Source of the DNA: Arenimonas sp.
Lineage (GTDB): Bacteria > Pseudomonadota > Gammaproteobacteria > Xanthomonadales > Xanthomonadaceae
Assembly: GCA_046596115.1 (NCBI GenBank)
Contig: JBKJMY010000276.1
Span: 1 to 34,469, forward strand
DNA: 34,469 nt
Reading direction: 5' to 3'
The position numbers and the translations under genes were made by a program. Below are positions 28,197 through 34,469 of the stretch, piece by piece. The notes under the pieces are model-generated. The model was not told the DNA's origin and did no database searches. It saw nothing but the letters and a program-made list of their open reading frames with translations. Position 1 is the stretch's first letter, and every line of letters begins with the position of its first letter.

Positions 28197-29960
28197 CTAT
28201 CCGGCCAGCTGTGCCGATTCCAGCGGCCGTTCCCGATGCAGCAGGATCCACTCGGCATGTTCCTCCAGGCAGGCGCAGCCGAGTGCGAGAAGCAGCTGTC
28301 GCGTCTGCGCATTGCCCTGCGCGTGGTCGAGCCGCTCGCGGCAACTGCCGAACAGCCGCGCCATGAAGCGGAATTGCTTGATCAATTCCTTGTCGGCCTT
28401 CTTGTACGAATAAGCCTCGCGGATGGCCGCAAGCAATGGCAACAGGCCCATCGCGACCACGAGCTTCTGTTGGATCGTCGCCGGCATGGCTGCGCCGCCG
28501 ACCAGCAGGGCGAGTGCGCCGAGCAGGCCACCGGCGAGAGCGACATCGCCAAGCAGTGCCGTCAACCGGTAGGCATGCTCGCGCTGGTTGGTGCCGTCGC
28601 GGTAGTACGCGAGTTGGCCGCCATGGTCGGATTGGCCGACCCAGTGTTCCACCACCCATGCCAGCGCGACACCATCGCCGGACCGGGTGGCGCCACGGAA
28701 CAGGCCGGTCGCGCGCATCGCGTGGCGAATCCAGCTCAGGTCTGTGTCCTGTTTCTGCAGGAAGCTGTCGTAACCCAGGCTGCTGTTGGGTGGCGTTTCC
28801 ACGCCTGCCATGCGCCAGAACAATTGCACCCGCAGGCCCTCGGCCAGGCCGCGATAGTCCAGGTATTTGCGCTGCCACTCGCGCCGCGCACCAACTTGCC
28901 TGACCACCAGCCCGAGCAGGAACAGCAACAGGAACAGTGCAACGTACAGGCGATTGGACTGGACATCTGAAAACAGGATGAAGCTCAGCCCCATGGCCGC
29001 GGCCAGCACATGCGTGGACAGCAGGCTGCTGCGGACGCGGCGCTGGAAATGCACGGCCAGCCAGTCGGCGGAGCGGAACAGGCTGTCGATTTCCCGAACC
29101 GCAGGCGTCGCTTCCGGGCTTCCGGCACCCAGCAGGCTGGTGCTGGCGGCCCCGATCTGTGCGCGGTAGCGCGCGGCATCCTGGTTGAATGCCTGCATCT
29201 GCCCAAACACGTGTAAGTAGTGCGCCGGCATCGGTCCGGCACCATCGGTCCCGCCATCGCAGGTGAGCCAGCGCGAGTGGAAAGCGCTGACGCTGCGCGC
29301 ATCCGCATGCGTCGTGCCAGTCGGTGCGCCGGAGATGCGGCGGCTGCATGGCAGGTGGAACACCAGGTCGCTTTCGTCGTCGGCCAACAGGTTAGGCGCG
29401 ATCTGTTCCATGCTCAGGCCCGGCATGACATTGCGCAGGTGGAAGTCCACCACCTGCGCGGTGCCCCCGGTGGCCGAGCTGGGCCGGCCATCCCACAACG
29501 CCAGCAGGATCTGGCAGTGCGATGACATGAACATCCCCAGTTGCGCGTACTGCAGGTTGCGCGCTCCGCCGCGTTCGTGGATGGCTGCGGCGTCATTGCC
29601 CGGCGCCAGCGGTAAAATCCGCGTCCGGCCCTGGGCGAGCAGGGCGTGGAACCGGGACAGCAAATCAGGCGTGCGGAAATCGCGCTCGTATTCCTCGCGT
29701 GGCATCGGCAGCGCCACCATCAGTTCGATGCCAAGCGCCAGCGCTTCCTCGGCCACCAGTTGGTCGCCGCCTTCGGCCAGTGCCGAGATCAGGCGCAGCG
29801 GCAGGTGCGGAAAATCCGATTGCAGGCGGCGGAAGAATGCGCGGACCTGGGTACGCAGGAAGGCTTCCTCCTCGGACACCAAGTCGCGATGTGCGGTGAG
29901 ACCGATGCTCAGCCGCAGCTCGGCATCCGGCTGTTCGCTGATTGGTCGCGCCCGATCCAT
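28197..29960 (-). CDS. SLOG-like nucleotide-binding domain fused to two SLATT-like 2TM effector modules
   Basis: N-terminal SLOG-type motifs SIGLTAHR, LISALAEGGDQLVAE, LPMP..Y..DF and CQILLALWDG...GGTAQVV. C-terminal ADWLAVHFQ-2TM-WQRKYLDYRGLAEGLR, then GQLAYY-2TM-...LEEHAEW, typical of SLATT modules. Start ATG 29960; the ORF track starts at TTG 29978. Confidence 0.78.
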   Translation of the reverse strand: MDRARPISEQPDAELRLSIGLTAHRDLVSEEEAFLRTQVRAFFRRLQSDFPHLPLRLISALAEGGDQLVAEEALALGIELMVALPMPREEYERDFRTPDLLSRFHALLAQGRTRILPLAPGNDAAAIHERGGARNLQYAQLGMFMSSHCQILLALWDGRPSSATGGTAQVVDFHLRNVMPGLSMEQIAPNLLADDESDLVFHLPCSRRISGAPTGTTHADARSVSAFHSRWLTCDGGTDGAGPMPAHYLHVFGQMQAFNQDAARYRAQIGAASTSLLGAGSPEATPAVREIDSLFRSADWLAVHFQRRVRSSLLSTHVLAAAMGLSFILFSDVQSNRLYVALFLLLFLLGLVVRQVGARREWQRKYLDYRGLAEGLRVQLFWRMAGVETPPNSSLGYDSFLQKQDTDLSWIRHAMRATGLFRGATRSGDGVALAWVVEHWVGQSDHGGQLAYYRDGTNQREHAYRLTALLGDVALAGGLLGALALLVGGAAMPATIQQKLVVAMGLLPLLAAIREAYSYKKADKELIKQFRFMARLFGSCRERLDHAQGNAQTRQLLLALGCACLEEHAEWILLHRERPLESAQLAG

Positions 29961-29978
29961 TCGCGCATGATGCCCCAA

Positions 29979-31736
29979 TCACACCTCGCCGGTCTGCAGG
30001 CGCCATAGCGCGGCATAGGCGCCGCCACGGGCGAGCAGTTGGTCGTGGGTTCCGCTCTCGACCAGGCGCCCGCCATCAAGCACGTGGATGGCGTCGGCCT
30101 GGCGCACGGTGGACAGGCGGTGCGCGACAACCAGGGTGGTGCGCTGGTGCGCGATGCGCGCGAGCGAGCGCTGGATCGCGGCTTCGGTTTCGTTGTCCAC
30201 CGCTGAGGTAGCTTCGTCGAGAACCAGCAAGGCCGGCTCGCGATACAGCGCCCGGGCCAGGGCAATGCGCTGGCGCTGGCCACCGGACAATTGCGCGCCG
30301 CGCTCGCCCACCGGGCTGGCATAGCCCAGCGGCAAGGCGGCGATGAAAGCATGCGCCTCGGCATCGCGCGCCGCCGACTCGATGCGCGCTGCGGATGGCG
30401 TCGCGTCGCCATAGGCGATGTTGTCGGCGATGCTGCCATCGGTGAGGAACGGCTCCTGGGCGACGTAGCCGATCCGCTGGCGCAGCGAGGCCGGATCGAG
30501 CGATGCGATGTCAATGCCGTCAACGTGGATGGCACCGGCGTCGGGATCGATGAAGCGCAACAGCAACTTCAACAGCGTGCTCTTGCCGCCACCAGTGCCG
30601 CCGACCAGTGCCACGGTCTGGCCGCGGGTAATGTCCAGCGACACATTCGATACGGCGGGGCGGCCGTCATATGCAAAGCAGACGCGATCAAACGACAGCG
30701 CGGCCTGTTCGCGCACCGGCAGCGTGCCATGGCCGCGCGCCGGCAGTGGTGTATCGAGCAAGTCCATCACCCGGGTGACCGAGGCCATCGCGCGCTGGTA
30801 CAGGTCGGTCATGTCGGCCAGTCGGGTCAGCGGCCACAGCAGCCGCTGGGTCAGGTACACCAGCGCCGAATAGCTGCCCACGCCCAGGTCGCCGCGCAGC
30901 GCGAGCACGCCGCCATACAACAGGGTCGACACAAATCCTGCCAGCACCGCCATGCGGATGACTGGCGTGATCGCCGCCGACACCCGGATCGCATCGGCAT
31001 TGCGTGCGCGGTAGGCATCGGAGGCGTCGCGCACATGGCCGGCCTCGAAGGCTTCTGCGGTGTAGGCCTGGATGGTCGCCATGCCGGCCAGGTTGTTGTT
31101 GAGCCGCGATGAGACGGTGGCCGCTGCTTCGCGCGCAGCGGCGTAGCGGGGGTAGAGGCGGCGTTGGAACCAGAAGGCACCCAGGAGTATCAGGGGGACA
31201 GGCAACAGGGCGAGCAAGGCGAGCGAGTTGGTGAGAACGAAGAACACCGCGCCGATCAGCAGCGACGAAATGAACACCTGGATCAGGTCGTTGGCGCCGG
31301 TGTTGAGGAAGCGCTCGATCTGGTTGACGTCCTCGTTCAACAGGGCCATCAAGCGGCCGCTGCGCTCGCGGGCGATGGTGTCCGGCGGCAGTGCCTGCAG
31401 GTGGCCGTAGGCGGCGTTGCGCAATTCGTGTTGCAGGTTTTGCGCCAGGCCGCGCCACTTCAGCGCATACAGGTACTCGAACAGGGATTCGAAGACCCAG
31501 ACGGCAATGGTCAGCGCAACCAGGCAATACAACTGGTCCATCGGCTCGGGCAGGCCCATCCGGGCCAGGAACGAGGCTTTGCGGTTGACCACGACGTCCA
31601 CCGCCACGCCGATCAGCAGCTCGGGCAGCACGTCGAAAATCTTGTTCAGGACGGAGTAGATCGAGCCCAGGACGGCATCGCGCCGATAGGGCCGGGCGAA
31701 GGCCAGCAGGCGACGAAGCGGGTGTGCGTCGGGCAT
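29979..31736 (-). CDS. ABC exporter, fused permease + ATP-binding (MsbA/MdlB-like half transporter)
   Basis: N-terminal TM domain, Walker A GGTGGGKST, Q-loop VAQEPFL, signature LSGGQRQR, Walker B LVLDEATSAVD and H-loop VAHRLST. Confidence 0.95.
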   Translation of the reverse strand: MPDAHPLRRLLAFARPYRRDAVLGSIYSVLNKIFDVLPELLIGVAVDVVVNRKASFLARMGLPEPMDQLYCLVALTIAVWVFESLFEYLYALKWRGLAQNLQHELRNAAYGHLQALPPDTIARERSGRLMALLNEDVNQIERFLNTGANDLIQVFISSLLIGAVFFVLTNSLALLALLPVPLILLGAFWFQRRLYPRYAAAREAAATVSSRLNNNLAGMATIQAYTAEAFEAGHVRDASDAYRARNADAIRVSAAITPVIRMAVLAGFVSTLLYGGVLALRGDLGVGSYSALVYLTQRLLWPLTRLADMTDLYQRAMASVTRVMDLLDTPLPARGHGTLPVREQAALSFDRVCFAYDGRPAVSNVSLDITRGQTVALVGGTGGGKSTLLKLLLRFIDPDAGAIHVDGIDIASLDPASLRQRIGYVAQEPFLTDGSIADNIAYGDATPSAARIESAARDAEAHAFIAALPLGYASPVGERGAQLSGGQRQRIALARALYREPALLVLDEATSAVDNETEAAIQRSLARIAHQRTTLVVAHRLSTVRQADAIHVLDGGRLVESGTHDQLLARGGAYAALWRLQTGEV

Positions 31737-31793
31737 GGGCGACCGGTCTGCGCGGGATCAGCAGATATTCTCTCATGCGGCTATGCTGGGCCC

Positions 31794-32339
31794 ATGATGA
31801 TCGTCTTCAACAAGCCCTACGGCGTGCTTTGCCAGTTCACCGAAGGTGAAGCGCCGCAGAAGCCGACGCTGGCCGGATTCGGTTTGCCACCCGAGGTTTA
31901 TCCCGCCGGTCGCCTGGACCAGGATTCCGAAGGCCTGTTGCTTCTGTCCAACGACGGCGCCCGCATCGCCCAGATCAGCTCGCCCAAATTCAAATGGCCC
32001 AAGACCTACCTGATCCAGGTCGAGGGCGTGGCGAGTGAAGAGCAACTGCAGGCGCTTAGCGCCGGACTTACCCTCAGTGACGGCCCGACCTTGCCGGCCA
32101 AGGCGCGCAGCCTGCAGGTCGTTCCCGACTGGCTCTGGCCGCGCGATCCGCCGATCCGCAAGCGCAAGACCGTGCCTGACAGTTTCGTGGAACTGACCAT
32201 CCGCGAGGGACGCAATCGCCAGGTGCGGCGGATGAGCGCCGCGGTCGGCTTACCGACCTTGCGCCTGGTGCGCATTGCCATCGGCCCCTACCGTCTCGAT
32301 GGCCTGGCGCCAGGTCAGTGGCGCGAAGAGGCAATGTAG
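31794..32339 (+). CDS. rluE: 23S rRNA pseudouridine synthase, RluE-like (RsuA family, no S4 domain)
   Basis: IVFNKPYGVLCQFT, YPAGRLDQDSEGLLLL with the catalytic Asp, KTYLIQVEG, LWPRDPPIRKRK and EGRNRQVRRM. Confidence 0.88.
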   Translation: MMIVFNKPYGVLCQFTEGEAPQKPTLAGFGLPPEVYPAGRLDQDSEGLLLLSNDGARIAQISSPKFKWPKTYLIQVEGVASEEQLQALSAGLTLSDGPTLPAKARSLQVVPDWLWPRDPPIRKRKTVPDSFVELTIREGRNRQVRRMSAAVGLPTLRLVRIAIGPYRLDGLAPGQWREEAM

Positions 32340-32349
32340 AACGGCGGAC

Positions 32350-32472
32350 GTGATCTTCAAGGACCACTTTTCCAGCCACGCCGCCGCCTACGCGGACGCG
32401 CGCCCGGGATATCCGGCCGAACTGTTCGAGTGACTGTCATCGCAGTGCGTCGGCCACGCGCTGGCTCGGACC
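32350..32472 (+). pseudogene. 5' remnant of a class I SAM-dependent methyltransferase
   Basis: GTG start gives IFKDHFSSHAAAYADARPGYPAELFE*LSSQCVGHALA. This matches the FKDHFS..A..YA..RP.YP.ELF.WL N-terminus. TGA at 32431 sits where Trp is expected, and similarity ends before the GxG motif. Confidence 0.8.
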
Positions 32473-32493
32473 CGGTGACCCTGTTGGCCGCGC

Positions 32494-32527
32494 AAATGGA
32501 AACGGCCTGGGGGATCCCCAGGCCGTT
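32494..32527 (-). terminator. Rho-independent terminator for the minus-strand gene ending at 32589
   Basis: 12-bp stem aacggcctgggg-gat-ccccaggccgtt (32501-32527), followed on the minus strand by TCCATTT. Confidence 0.7.
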
Positions 32528-32588
32528 CGCGCTATCCGCTGGCCTTTATCGGTGCTCTCCGGCAGGCGCGCCCGGTAAAGGCGAGTAC

Positions 32589-33032
32589 TCAGGACTTGGC
32601 CGGAGCTGTCGTCTTGCGCGCGCGCGGAGCGCGCGCTTTCTTCGCTGCGGCTTTCGCCGGGGCAGCGGCAGCGCCGTCGCGCATGTTGGTGGCGGTCAGG
32701 CGACGGGCCCGCGGCGGCTTGCCAGCCGCATCGCTGTCGCGTGCCGCTTTGCGCTTCTTGACCGCGGCGTAAACCATCCCGACGCCCGCCAGGGCCACGG
32801 CGCCGGCAATCGCGGCGACCGGATTCTTCCTCACCACGGCTACGGCCATCTTGCCGCCGCGCTTGGCCAGCGCCAGTCCGGCGCCGGTGGTCACCAGATC
32901 CTTCACCCGCGGCAAGTTGCGCGCAATATTCTTGCCTACGCTGCTCTTGACCGCCACATCGGAAACAACGGAACCGGCATCACGCACGAGGTTCCAGCCA
33001 GTGGTCAGCATCTTTTCGGTGTCATTGCTCAT
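32589..33032 (-). CDS. Hypothetical single-TM protein with basic Ala/Lys-rich tail
   Basis: MSNDTEK...GAGLALAKRGGKMAVAVVRKNPVAAIAGAVALAGVGMVYAAVKKRK...AKAAAKKARAPRARKTTAPAKS, followed by a terminator. Confidence 0.75.
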   Translation of the reverse strand: MSNDTEKMLTTGWNLVRDAGSVVSDVAVKSSVGKNIARNLPRVKDLVTTGAGLALAKRGGKMAVAVVRKNPVAAIAGAVALAGVGMVYAAVKKRKAARDSDAAGKPPRARRLTATNMRDGAAAAPAKAAAKKARAPRARKTTAPAKS

Positions 33033-33154
33033 GAGCCTGGTTTCCATGCGCTGTCCGGGACGCGCCATGCGCCCCGTGGGAACACCAAGCTACCGCAGCG
33101 TAGATGAACGGCCTCTTTCCAGCCGCTTGAACCACGCCTGGCTTGCCGGTCCCC

Positions 33155-34468
33155 TCAGGTTCCGCGCGGCTTGGCGCGGTGCGTGGGCGTGGCTGCCCAG
33201 GGGTCCTCGGGCCAGGGATGGCGAGGGTAGCGACCCTTCATTTCCCTGCGCACCTCGGGATAGGTCCGGTCCCAGAATCCGCGCAGGTCGCGGGTGACCT
33301 GCAAGGGCTTGCCGCCGGGCGACAGCAGATGCAGGGTCAGGGGAATACGTCCCGCACAAACGGTCGGCGTGTCGGCCAGTCCGAACAATTCCTGCAGCTT
33401 CACCGACAACACCGGCGCCTGGTCGTGTTGATAGCGGATCGCGCGTTCCATGCCCGAAGGCACGCTGATTGCACGCGGCGCCAACTGCTCGAGCGCCTGT
33501 CGCTGGTTCCAGTCCAGCATTGACTTCAGCGCGTCGCCAAAGCTCGCCTCATCGAGCGCGTCGAGCCGGGTCTTTCCCAGCAGGGCCGGCTGCAGCCATT
33601 GTCCCCGCGCCTGGAGTAGCGTCTCATCCGACAGGTCCGGGAGCGCTTGCTCCGGCGCCCAGTCGCGCAGACAGCGCGCCCGCTCGCGCCACTGGCGCAG
33701 ACCCTCCGTCCACGGCAGCGAGTCCAGCCCGGCGTCGGCAACCGCTTCGGACAAGGCCTCGGCAGCCAGCTGCGGATCCAGTTTCCCAGCCGGGCGGGAA
33801 GACAGGACGATGCGATCGAAGCGCAATTCACGACGTGCCTGTAGCGCGCGTGTGCGTGGGTCCCAGTGGACGAAGTCCCGTTCCACAAAGCGTTGCGGGA
33901 AGTCGCGCTGCAGGCTGGACTCATCCAGCCGCGCGGCCCGTTGCACCTGGGGATCGCGGCTGTCGAAACGCAACTCGCTGGCGACGATCCAGGGCTCGCC
34001 GAACAGCGCGCTGTCGTCGAAGATCCGCGCCATGCGCCCGTTGGCCAGTTGGTAACGACGCGGGTCGCCGGCGTGCTGGCGGGCAATGCGATCGGGAAAG
34101 GCATGCAGCAGCACGTCGCCGAGCGCGTGCGCGGGAACATCGACGGGCGGACGACCATCGAAACGCAGCCGACGACGCCATTGCTGGCTGGCCTGGTCAA
34201 TGGCAGCCAGTGCGCCGCGGTTGGCATCGGCAACATTTCGGCCGGACCGGAAACAGGACAGCGCCTGCCAGCGAGTCGCCCAGTCGTCGCGGCGGGAGCG
34301 CAACAGGGGATCACGCGCTTCAACCAGGGCGGCCAGGTCGCAGGCAATCGCCAGCTGGTCTTCGCGGCGCGCTGACAGAAGCATCGCCGCCAGCCGTGGA
34401 TGCGTCCCCAGCGCCAGCATTTGGCGGCCGAGCGCGGTAATGCGCGGGGCCTCATCCAGCGCCCCCAG
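33155..34468 (-). CDS. hrpB: ATP-dependent RNA helicase HrpB, C-terminal part (5' end outside window)
   Basis: LGALD..RITALGRQMLALGTHPRLAAML, AFPDRIA, YQLANGR, LSVKLQELFG, LHLLSPGGKPLQVTRDL..FW..TYPEVRREMKGRYPRHPWPEDP. Confidence 0.95.
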   Translation of the reverse strand: MGALDEAPRITALGRQMLALGTHPRLAAMLLSARREDQLAIACDLAALVEARDPLLRSRRDDWATRWQALSCFRSGRNVADANRGALAAIDQASQQWRRRLRFDGRPPVDVPAHALGDVLLHAFPDRIARQHAGDPRRYQLANGRMARIFDDSALFGEPWIVASELRFDSRDPQVQRAARLDESSLQRDFPQRFVERDFVHWDPRTRALQARRELRFDRIVLSSRPAGKLDPQLAAEALSEAVADAGLDSLPWTEGLRQWRERARCLRDWAPEQALPDLSDETLLQARGQWLQPALLGKTRLDALDEASFGDALKSMLDWNQRQALEQLAPRAISVPSGMERAIRYQHDQAPVLSVKLQELFGLADTPTVCAGRIPLTLHLLSPGGKPLQVTRDLRGFWDRTYPEVRREMKGRYPRHPWPEDPWAATPTHRAKPRGT

Positions 34469-34469
34469 G

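Noticed and set aside
26030-30000. Mobile-element boundaries around the TIR/SLOG pair
   Set aside because: I found no flanking direct or inverted repeats, tRNA, integrase or transposase by eye, and cannot compute a compositional shift reliably.
32542-32582. Imperfect inverted repeat gcctttatcgg...ccggtaaaggc as an ncRNA or REP element
   Set aside because: Single copy in the window, located in a 3' UTR next to a terminator; no family features recognised.

Overview
A high-GC chromosomal window; the protein styles of RecD, cytochrome c5 and HrpB suggest a Xanthomonadales-like gammaproteobacterium (inference). It is mostly housekeeping and metabolic genes: a partial NYN protein, a YeeE/YedE transporter, a histamine/trimethylamine-dehydrogenase-like flavoenzyme, recC-recB-recD, a MASE1 sensor with a degenerate kinase core, cytochrome c5, an ExeM/NucH nuclease, an alpha/beta hydrolase, zapE, queF, a lipoprotein, icd, an SDR/GbsR/DUF393 locus with a clear operator, an exported methyltransferase, an ABC exporter, rluE, a methyltransferase remnant and partial hrpB. 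I saw no rRNA, tRNA, CRISPR array, transposase or integrase. The stand-out is a co-oriented gene pair at 26113-29960 (minus strand): a SLOG-like nucleotide sensor fused to two SLATT-like 2TM modules, followed by a TIR-TM-TPR protein that keeps its putative catalytic Glu. This looks like a Thoeris-like signalling/defence system with a Toll-receptor-like membrane-spanning TIR. Secondary oddities are the His-less pseudokinase upstream of recC, a RecD apparently lacking its Q-motif segment, an IDH with a clasp insertion, and several probable leaderless genes. All family calls come from motif recognition by eye, with no database searches.
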